Positions 57,030-64,000 of a stretch of DNA of 64,000 bases are shown piece after piece. Where the stretch lies: contig CAZNVH010000002.1 in the NCBI GenBank assembly GCA_964576525.1, positions 4,121 to 68,120 of the forward strand, written 5' to 3'. A program made the position numbers and the translations under genes. Position 1 is the stretch's first letter; every line of letters starts with the position of its first letter. Under the pieces are notes generated by a model. The model saw only the letters and a program-made list of their open reading frames with translations, was not told the DNA's origin and ran no database searches. Source of the stretch: an uncultured Enterobacteriaceae bacterium (lineage in GTDB: Bacteria > Pseudomonadota > Gammaproteobacteria > Burkholderiales > SG8-39).

Positions 57030-58376
57030 CTGGCTTTCGACTACGACCTATTCACCATAGGGGGCGGCTCCGGGGGCGTGCGCGCCAGCCGCGTCTCCGC
57101 AGGGTACGGCGCAAAGGTCGCGATCGCCGAGCCGGGCGCCTTCGGCGGCACCTGCGTCAACGTCGGCTGCATTCCCAAGAAGCTGTTCTCCTACGCCGCG
57201 CACTGGCGCGAGGAGTTCGAGATCGCGCGGGCCTACGGCTGGAGTGCCGGCGAGCCGCGCTTCGACTGGCCGACGCTGCTGGCGAACAAGGACCGCGAGA
57301 TCCTGCGCCTGAACGGCGTCTACGAGCGCGTGCTGGCCAACGCGGGCGTGGAGATCCTTCGGGATCGCGCTGTTGTTCTTGATAAGAATTCAATACAGGT
57401 CAACAGCCGCAGATTCACTGCCAAACATATTCTCGTCGCCACCGGCTCCTGGCCGGTGATCCCGCCGATCCCCGGCCGCGAGCACGCCATCACCTCCAAC
57501 GAGGCCTTCCACCTCGAGCGCCTGCCGCGGCGCGCGCTGGTGGTCGGCGGCGGCTACATCGCGGTCGAGTTCGCGTCCATCTTCCACGGCCTCGGCGTGC
57601 AGACCACCCTCGCCTACCGCGGGGCCGGCCTGCTGCGTGGATTCGACAAGGAACTCGGCGCGCACCTCGCCGGGGAAATGGCGCAGAAGGGCGTCTCGAT
57701 CCTGCTCAATGCCAATGCTTCTCGCATCGACAGGAAGCCAGCGGGCCTGCAAGTTTCATTTGAAAAGCAAACCGGCGAATTCGACCTGGTGATGTTCGCC
57801 ACCGGCAGGAAGCCCAATACCGCGAACCTCGGGCTCGAAGCGGCGGGCGTCAAGCTTGCCGCCGACGGCGCGATCGTCGTCGATTCCTATTCGAAGAGCT
57901 CGGTGGACTCGATCCACGCGATCGGCGACGTCACCAACCGCATCAACCTCACCCCGGTGGCCACCGCCGAGGCGATGTGGCTCGCCAGAACGCTGTTTCG
58001 CGGCGAGCCGACCCCGATCGACCACGACAACGTGCCGACCGCGGTGTTCGCCAACCCGAACCTCGCCACCGTCGGGCTCTCGGAAGAGAAGGCGCGCGAG
58101 CGCTTCGGCGCGCTCGACATCTACAAGGCCTCGTTCCGCAGCCTCAAGCTGACGATGACCGACAACAAGGAGCGCACCTTCATGAAGCTGGTGGTCGACC
58201 GGGCGAGCCAGCGCGTGGTCGGCGCGCACATGATCGGCGCCGACGCCGGCGAGATCATCCAGGGCGTCGCCATCGCGGTGAAGCTCGGCGCCACCAAGGC
58301 GCAGTTCGACGCCACGATCGGCATCCATCCGACGGCGGCCGAAGAGTTCGTCACCCTGCGCGAGAAAGCCTCGTGA
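57030..58376 (+). CDS. gor: glutathione-disulfide reductase
   Basis: FDYDLFTIGGGSGGVRAS, redox-active GGTCVNVGCIPKK, and C-terminal HPTAAEEFVT. The 5' end is unresolved because there is no ATG/GTG/TTG upstream of the FAD motif. The 57030 coordinate is a CTG. Confidence 0.8.
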   Translation: MAFDYDLFTIGGGSGGVRASRVSAGYGAKVAIAEPGAFGGTCVNVGCIPKKLFSYAAHWREEFEIARAYGWSAGEPRFDWPTLLANKDREILRLNGVYERVLANAGVEILRDRAVVLDKNSIQVNSRRFTAKHILVATGSWPVIPPIPGREHAITSNEAFHLERLPRRALVVGGGYIAVEFASIFHGLGVQTTLAYRGAGLLRGFDKELGAHLAGEMAQKGVSILLNANASRIDRKPAGLQVSFEKQTGEFDLVMFATGRKPNTANLGLEAAGVKLAADGAIVVDSYSKSSVDSIHAIGDVTNRINLTPVATAEAMWLARTLFRGEPTPIDHDNVPTAVFANPNLATVGLSEEKARERFGALDIYKASFRSLKLTMTDNKERTFMKLVVDRASQRVVGAHMIGADAGEIIQGVAIAVKLGATKAQFDATIGIHPTAAEEFVTLREKAS

Positions 58377-58726
58377 AACTCAAGCCCGGCTTCACGGTCC
58401 GCATGACCATCGAGCGCAGCCCCGCCCACGTGTACGTGTTCGTCTCCAATCCGAAAAACCTCAAGGCCTGGGCCTCCGGGCTCGACGCCGCCGCCAAGGT
58501 ACGCTTCGTCGCGCGCAACCTGCTGGGCGTGCTCGACCATTACGTCAACGTCGCAGGCCGCGAGGGCGAGGTCTACGTGCCGATGCGCGTGGTCGCGAAC
58601 GGCGAAGGCGCGGAGGTGCTGCTGACGATCTTCCGCCAGCCCGGCGAGAGCGACGAGAAGTTCGCCCAGGACACGCTGTTGGTGCGGCGCGACCTCGAGA
58701 CGCTCAAAGCAGTGCTCGAGAAATAA
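58373..58726 (+). CDS. SRPBCC/START-like small protein
   Basis: 117 aa. GTG start with a GTGA overlap on the gor stop. Family call is weak. Confidence 0.6.
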   Translation: MKLKPGFTVRMTIERSPAHVYVFVSNPKNLKAWASGLDAAAKVRFVARNLLGVLDHYVNVAGREGEVYVPMRVVANGEGAEVLLTIFRQPGESDEKFAQDTLLVRRDLETLKAVLEK

Positions 58727-59438
58727 GCGACACCCCGGAAGCGAGCAGCAGGATCGCCACCGCGCGCAGCAGCGCATCGCGCGAGATCCTGAGGAAGATC
58801 AGGCGCGCCACCCAGATGCCGGCGAGGCAGGCCGGCACCGCCGCCAGCGCTGCGAGCCACACCCGGGCGTCGAGCAGCAGGCCGGTGAGCAGGAACGCGA
58901 TCAGCCGCAGCGAGATGCTGGTCAGGGTGGCGAGGCCGAGCGTGGCGCGGAACTGTTCCTTCGACAGGCCGCGCTGCGACAGGTAGATCGCGTACGGCGG
59001 GCCGCCCGCGCCGAACACCGTGCTGGTGATGCCGCCGGCGAACCCCGCGGCCCAGGCCCAGCGCGGCGAGACGGTCTTCGCCGAGGGGCGGCGCAGCAGG
59101 CTGAAGACGCCGAACCACAGCACGAACAGCCCGAGCAGCAGCATGCCGGCGGCGCGCGGCAGGTTGACCAGCAGCGTGACGCCGAGCGCGGTGCCGACGA
59201 CGATCATCGGCACGAGGCGCGTCCATTCGCCGCGCACCGCGTTCTTCGGGTTCTCCAGGCCGACGCTGAGCGCCGCCGCCAGGTCGGCGAGCACGAACAG
59301 CGCCAGCGCGAACTTGAGCGATACCAGGTGGGTGGCGAGCGGGATCGTGACCAGCGCGGCGCCGAAGCCGGTGACGCCGAACACCAGCGCGCCAAGGAAC
59401 GCGATCCCCGCGAGCAGGACGACCTCGGCGATGTCGAT
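58704..59438 (-). CDS. TauE/SafE-family anion exporter membrane protein
   Basis: Polytopic, VFGVTGFGAALV / GGITSTVFGAGGPP repeats. The 5' end is approximate because no canonical start lies upstream of TM1. Confidence 0.7.
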   Translation of the reverse strand: MDIAEVVLLAGIAFLGALVFGVTGFGAALVTIPLATHLVSLKFALALFVLADLAAALSVGLENPKNAVRGEWTRLVPMIVVGTALGVTLLVNLPRAAGMLLLGLFVLWFGVFSLLRRPSAKTVSPRWAWAAGFAGGITSTVFGAGGPPYAIYLSQRGLSKEQFRATLGLATLTSISLRLIAFLLTGLLLDARVWLAALAAVPACLAGIWVARLIFLRISRDALLRAVAILLLASGVSLISRALL

Positions 59439-59440
59439 CG

Positions 59441-60073
59441 CTACGGGACTTTTACGGCGGGGTTGAGCGAATACAGGCCGGTCAGCTTCGCCGTGCCCAG
59501 GACGTGGCCCTTCATCACCTTCAGCACCTCGGCGACGGTGAACTTGCGCTTCACCGGGCACTTGTCCATGTCGAGGGCGAACAGCGTGAAGATGTAGTGG
59601 TGCGGGATCGAGTCGTTCCACGGCGGGCACGGCCCGTCGTAGCCGAAATAGTCGCCCGCCATTTCCGGGTCTTTCGCGAACCAGCTGGTGTAGTCGTTCA
59701 CGCCCTGGCGCGTGCCGCGCGCCGCGAGCGGGCCGCTCTTGCCTTTGGCGGTGACGCCGCTGGAGAACTCGCCGTCGCGGACGGGTGAGCCGCTCGCCGG
59801 CATGTCCACCAGGACCCAGTGGCAGAAGTTCACGCGCGGCAGCGACGCCGGGATCGTGCGGCCCTCCCGGTTCACGTCGTCGCCCTTCGAGGGCACGTCG
59901 GGATCGTGGCAGACGATCACCACCGACATCGAGCCCTTCGGCAGCCCGGACCATTCGAGCTGCGGGTTGCGGTTCTGCGCGAACTTGATGTGGTTCTCGG
60001 GATCGGGCACCGCGAAGGCGTGCAGCCCGGGGATCGCGCCGCCGTCGGCGAAACTGTTGCTGGTGAATTTCAT
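59441..60073 (-). CDS. YbhB/YbcL-family (PEBP, Raf-kinase-inhibitor-like) protein
   Basis: VIVCHDPDVP, HWVLVDMP and HHYIFTLFALD are PEBP motifs. ATGA overlap with the upstream gene. Confidence 0.88.
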   Translation of the reverse strand: MKFTSNSFADGGAIPGLHAFAVPDPENHIKFAQNRNPQLEWSGLPKGSMSVVIVCHDPDVPSKGDDVNREGRTIPASLPRVNFCHWVLVDMPASGSPVRDGEFSSGVTAKGKSGPLAARGTRQGVNDYTSWFAKDPEMAGDYFGYDGPCPPWNDSIPHHYIFTLFALDMDKCPVKRKFTVAEVLKVMKGHVLGTAKLTGLYSLNPAVKVP

Positions 60074-60825
60074 CCGGCGATTATAAGCTCGGCCGCCGTG
60101 CACCGGTTCATGGCGCGCAGCCGCGAGACGTAGCGGGTGAACGGCAGGCCGAGGCGTGCTTCCAGCTTTTCTGCTTTGTCTCTCAAAACATTCCACGGCA
60201 TGCTCGGTGCCGTCCCCTTCAGTGCAAAAGCGATGATGTTCGGATCGTAGAGCGCGGGCAGCGCCAGCACCGCGCCGCCGAAAGCGCGCTCGAGGCGCTC
60301 GAGCGTCAGGTCGAACTTCGGGTCGTCGTTCATGAAGTTCACCACCAGCGCGCCGGGCTCGGCGAGCGCCAGGAAGGCGCCGTCGTAGAACTCGCGGCTG
60401 GCGAGCCGCGGCACGTGCAGCTCGTCCTCGAAAGCGTCGACCACCAGCAGGTCGCAGCATTCCGGAAAGAGAGCGTTGGCGCCGTCGCCGATCTCGACCG
60501 AGAAGCGCGCGCCGTCGGGCGGCAGCGCGAAATGCTCGCGCGCCGCCGCGAGCACGCGCGGGTCGAGCTCGACCACTCGAACTCGGGTTTTTCTCAAAAA
60601 TTTATTAAAAAACTTCGCGAGGGAACCTCCGCCCAGACCGATCATCAGCGCCTCGCGCGGCTCGGGGTGGAACAGCAGGAAAGCCATCATGCAGCGCGTG
60701 TAGTCGAGCGCGAGCGCGTAGGGATCGTCCAGGCGCATCGCGCTCTGGATCGCCTCGCCGCCGACGTGCAGGCTGCGCACGCCGCGGGCGTCGCTAACCG
60801 CGACCGGGCCGTTCGTCTTTTTCAT
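60070..60825 (-). CDS. spermidine-synthase-like class I methyltransferase-fold protein
   Basis: Start MKKTNGP. LMIGLGGGSLAKF, VVELDP and LLVVDAF motifs. Confidence 0.78.
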   Translation of the reverse strand: MKKTNGPVAVSDARGVRSLHVGGEAIQSAMRLDDPYALALDYTRCMMAFLLFHPEPREALMIGLGGGSLAKFFNKFLRKTRVRVVELDPRVLAAAREHFALPPDGARFSVEIGDGANALFPECCDLLVVDAFEDELHVPRLASREFYDGAFLALAEPGALVVNFMNDDPKFDLTLERLERAFGGAVLALPALYDPNIIAFALKGTAPSMPWNVLRDKAEKLEARLGLPFTRYVSRLRAMNRCTAAELIIAG

Positions 60826-61954
60826 ACAGCAGGATCGCGGCGCAGGCCGCAGCGAGAAAGGAAAATCCGGCGCCGGCGAGGATCGGCAGGTCGTAGGAGC
60901 CGAGCGCGTCGTAGGCGACCCCGGCGAGCCAGGGGCCGAGCAGCGTGCCGACGCCGCAGCCGGTGTAGAGCGAGCCGATGATCCCCGAGACCGCGCGCGG
61001 GCCGTACAGGTCCATGACGATCGTCGGCAGCAGCGCGACATAGGCGCCGTAGCAGACGCCGAACACGAACGCGAACACCGCGAGCAGCCAGTAGGCGCTC
61101 GCCGCCCACCACAGCAGGAGCATCGCGCCGAGCCCGGCGTACATCGCGCCGAGCGAGGCGACGCGGCCGAGCCGGTCGGCGAGGCCGCCGATGCCGAAGC
61201 GCCCGATCAGGCTGCCCAGGCCGATCAGGCTCACCAGCGCCACGCCCTGGGCTTCGGCGTAGCCCAGGTCGGTGGCAAAGGGGCCGAGGTGCACCATCGG
61301 CACGAACAGGCCGACGCAGCTGAACACCAGCGACGCGAACAGCAGCCAGAAGGGCCTGGTGCGGAGCGCTTCGGCCAGGCTGGCGCCCGCGATTTCGCCG
61401 GGATTTCTCGAAACGGGTTTTTGCTTCAAGACCGCGGCTGCCCCACCGCCCAGCACCAGCACGAACAGGGCCAGCGCAAGATAGGCGCCGCGCCAGCCGA
61501 AAGCATCGATCCACCAGGCGGCGAGCAGCGGGCCGGCGATATTGCCCGCGCCGATGCCGGCGACCGCGAGCCCCGAGGCGGTCGCGCGGTTGGCCGCGAA
61601 CCACGGCTGCACCGCGCCGATCGACGGCACATACACCAGGCCGACCCCCAGGCCGATGCCGATGCTGTAGGTGGCATAGAGCACGCCGAGCGAGCTTGCT
61701 TCGGCGGCGAGCCACAGCGCGACCGCAAGGCAGGCGACACCGGCCAGGGCGACGCGGCGCGGGCCGTAGCGGTCGGCGAGCATGCCGCCCGGCGCGCCCA
61801 GCAGGAACCAGAGGAAAGCCGCCACCGAGAACACCAAGGCCACGTCGCCGCGCGCGGCGCCGAACTCCGCCTCGAACGCCGAGAAGAAAGCGGCGAACGA
61901 GTACGCCGCGGCGAAGCCGACGAACATCAGGGTGAAGGCCGCCGCGACCACCAC
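60794..61954 (-). CDS. MFS transporter (oxalate/formate-antiporter-like)
   Basis: 386 aa, about 12 TM. GGMLADRYGPRRV MFS loop motif. GTG start. Confidence 0.85.
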   Translation of the reverse strand: MVVAAAFTLMFVGFAAAYSFAAFFSAFEAEFGAARGDVALVFSVAAFLWFLLGAPGGMLADRYGPRRVALAGVACLAVALWLAAEASSLGVLYATYSIGIGLGVGLVYVPSIGAVQPWFAANRATASGLAVAGIGAGNIAGPLLAAWWIDAFGWRGAYLALALFVLVLGGGAAAVLKQKPVSRNPGEIAGASLAEALRTRPFWLLFASLVFSCVGLFVPMVHLGPFATDLGYAEAQGVALVSLIGLGSLIGRFGIGGLADRLGRVASLGAMYAGLGAMLLLWWAASAYWLLAVFAFVFGVCYGAYVALLPTIVMDLYGPRAVSGIIGSLYTGCGVGTLLGPWLAGVAYDALGSYDLPILAGAGFSFLAAACAAILLYEKDERPGRG

Positions 61955-61977
61955 CCAGCCGTAGCGGGAGCCGCCGG

Positions 61978-63063
61978 TCAGTAGACCGCCCCTCTCCCCG
62001 TGATCGGCCAGAGCGCTTCCACGCGCCCGACGCGGACGCAGACGTACCAGTCGTAGAGATTGATCGTGGGATCGCAGTGGCCGGGGACCAGCAGCAGCTT
62101 CTCGCCCAGCGGCGGCGGGGTTTTCCCCTCAACCCACCCATGCTCATCGGAAGCATGGGTATACGTGAGGCCAGGCCGCTGCCAGATTCCGGGCATTCCC
62201 GAATCCACGCTCGAGGCCTTGAGCCCGGCGTCGACGATCGCCACCTCGGGCGACGGGCGGCTCATCACCGTAGCGAGCACGAACAGCGCATGCTCGAAGC
62301 GCGGCAGCGGCGCGGCCCACTCGTTCTTCGCGTAGTCGGCATCCATGAAGGCGTATGAGCCGGGCTGGATCTCGTCCCAGGCGCCGGACTCGACTTCCAG
62401 CATGAAGGTGCCGCTGCCGGCGCCGGTGACTCGCGGGCAGGGAATCCCGGCCTCGGCGAGCAGGCGCTTGGTGTGCTGCACGTGCTGCGCCGCGGTCTCG
62501 ATCACCGCGTGGCGCTCCTCCATGCTGCGGATGTGCTGCGCGCGGCCGTGGTAGGCCTGCAGGCCCGCGAAGCGAAGATGGGGGTAAGAAAGGATCTGCC
62601 TTGCAAGTTCCACGGCAGGTGCGCCAGGCGCCACGCCGCAGCGGCGCATGCCGACCTCGATCTCGATGTACACGTCGAGATTGCCTTTGAGCTGGGAAAC
62701 ATTCTCCGCGTTGTCGACGCAAACGCCGATCTTCGCGCGGCGCGACAGCGCGGCGAGGCGCTCGATCTTGCGCGCGCCGACGATTTCGTTGGTCACGAGG
62801 ACGTCCTGGACGCCGCCGTCGACCAGTGCCTCGGCTTCCGACACCTTCTGGCAGCACATGCCGACCGCCCCGAGCGCGATCTGGCGCTTCGCCACCTCGG
62901 GGCACTTGTGGGTCTTGGCATGCGGGCGGATGCGCACGGCGCCGCCCACGGCGCTCTTCAGGGTGGAAAGGTTCTTCTCGAAAGCATCCAGCTCCAGGAT
63001 CAGCGCCGGGGTGTCGACCTCCTCGAGCTTCTGCCCGATGCGGGCGGGCGCCGGCTGGCTCAT
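61978..63063 (-). CDS. DSD1-family PLP enzyme (D-serine dehydratase / D-threonine aldolase-like, alanine-racemase N-domain fold)
   Basis: IRPHAKTHKCPEV (PLP Lys) and the C-terminal GHCDPT motif. The preferred start MSQPAPA (63063) gives an ATGA overlap with the upstream MFS stop. Confidence 0.82.
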   Translation of the reverse strand: MSQPAPARIGQKLEEVDTPALILELDAFEKNLSTLKSAVGGAVRIRPHAKTHKCPEVAKRQIALGAVGMCCQKVSEAEALVDGGVQDVLVTNEIVGARKIERLAALSRRAKIGVCVDNAENVSQLKGNLDVYIEIEVGMRRCGVAPGAPAVELARQILSYPHLRFAGLQAYHGRAQHIRSMEERHAVIETAAQHVQHTKRLLAEAGIPCPRVTGAGSGTFMLEVESGAWDEIQPGSYAFMDADYAKNEWAAPLPRFEHALFVLATVMSRPSPEVAIVDAGLKASSVDSGMPGIWQRPGLTYTHASDEHGWVEGKTPPPLGEKLLLVPGHCDPTINLYDWYVCVRVGRVEALWPITGRGAVY

Positions 63064-64000
63064 GCCGCCTTTCGCTTGTGCAAGGCGTACCACAGCAGAG
63101 CGACGAGGACCGCCGCCACCAGCGGCAGCGCGAACAGGTTGACGCGCTCCCAGCCCGCGGTCGCGACAGTCATGCCCGAGCTGAGCGAGGAGACCGCCAT
63201 CACGATGAAGATCGCCTGCTCGTTGGCGCCCTGCGCCTTGGCGCGTTCCTCCGGGCGGTAGGTTTCAGTCAGCAGCGTGGTGCCGCCGAGGAACAGGAAG
63301 TTCCAGCCGACGCCGACCAGCACCAGCGACCACCAGAATTGCGTCACGGAGATGCCCGAGAGCGCGACGCCGATCGCGGCGAAATTGATCAGCGCGCCGC
63401 AGATCATCACCGGCAGCACGCCGACGCGCCTGATCAGCGGCCCGGTGACGAACGACGGCGCGAACATGGCGATGACGTGCGAGGAGATCACGAAGGCGGC
63501 GTCGCTGTAGGGGTGGCCGCAGGCCTGCATCGCGATCGGCGTCGAGGTCATCAGGAAATTCATCACGCCGTAGCCGATCGCGCCCGAGAGCACCGCGACG
63601 ATGAACTTCGGCTGCGCCGCGATCACCGCGAGCGGCCGCCCGGGCGCGGCCTGCTCCGCGGCGCTCGGCATCGGGATGCGCACCCAGCGCAGCAGCAGCA
63701 TCGTCGCGATGGCGAAGCCGATCAGCACCAGGTAGGCGCCCATGAACTTCGACCCGAGCAGCTCGATGGTCCAGCGGCTGGTGGTCGGGCCGAGCACGCC
63801 GCCGACCAGGCCCCCGGCGAGCACCAGCGAAATGGCGGTGGCCTTGAAGTCGGCCGAGGCGACATCCGCGGCGGCGAAGCGGTAGTACTGGCCGTAGGCG
63901 TTGTAGACGCCGAACACCAGCGTGGCGAAGCACAGGAGCCAGAAGCTCTGCGCCCAGATCGCGAGGGCGCACAGCAGCGCGCCGGCGACGCCCCACAGCG
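63060..64000 (-). CDS. MFS transporter, 5' end beyond window
   Basis: The polytopic frame stays open to the window edge (upstream of the GTG at 63917 it reads ..LWGVAGALLCALAIWAQSFWLLCFATL..). Confidence 0.8.
   Translation of the reverse strand, partial: LWGVAGALLCALAIWAQSFWLLCFATLVFGVYNAYGQYYRFAAADVASADFKATAISLVLAGGLVGGVLGPTTSRWTIELLGSKFMGAYLVLIGFAIATMLLLRWVRIPMPSAAEQAAPGRPLAVIAAQPKFIVAVLSGAIGYGVMNFLMTSTPIAMQACGHPYSDAAFVISSHVIAMFAPSFVTGPLIRRVGVLPVMICGALINFAAIGVALSGISVTQFWWSLVLVGVGWNFLFLGGTTLLTETYRPEERAKAQGANEQAIFIVMAVSSLSSGMTVATAGWERVNLFALPLVAAVLVALLWYALHKRKAA

Overview
High-GC (about two-thirds G+C by eye), gene-dense chromosomal segment that looks proteobacterial, possibly beta-proteobacterial (inference). 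I support about 70 CDS, mostly transport and catabolism. In order: the tail of a sugar-type ABC importer; a small operon with an MBL lipoprotein, a leaderless TAXI protein and an alpha/beta hydrolase; a divergent RpiR-controlled locus (mmsA, a 3-hydroxyisobutyrate-DH-family gene, a split Liv-type ABC system, two SDRs, an LLM monooxygenase); mnmC; a Tat-signal caspase-family protein; an lldD-like/IclR pair; an egtD-like gene; a pbpG-like gene; an Atm1-type ABC exporter; a TetR-fadE-thiolase-fadB-thioesterase beta-oxidation operon; a split ACAD10/11-like kinase+ACAD operon; dtd; a TAXI-TRAP transporter; and a quinone oxidoreductase. The one clear break in composition follows that gene. It comprises a decayed vapBC remnant, about 2.2 kb of low-GC DNA whose only intact gene is an orphan 564-aa P-loop NTPase (my best candidate for an undescribed conflict or defence module), and a tightly coupled RHH + 80-aa pair preceded by a 10-bp-phased triple repeat. 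After this come a DECR-like SDR, a NUDIX-like/MBL fusion, gor, and a PEBP / spermidine-synthase-like / MFS / DSD1 cluster. I recognised no rRNA, tRNA, CRISPR array, integrase or transposase. Non-genic structure includes a 70-bp palindromic element in two copies with compensatory arm changes, and a perfect 56-bp palindrome whose half-site recurs inside a gene start. Many short AT-rich, rare-codon patches with T-tract/A-tract cores are also embedded in otherwise GC-rich ORFs. All family calls come from by-eye motif recognition, and no database search was run.
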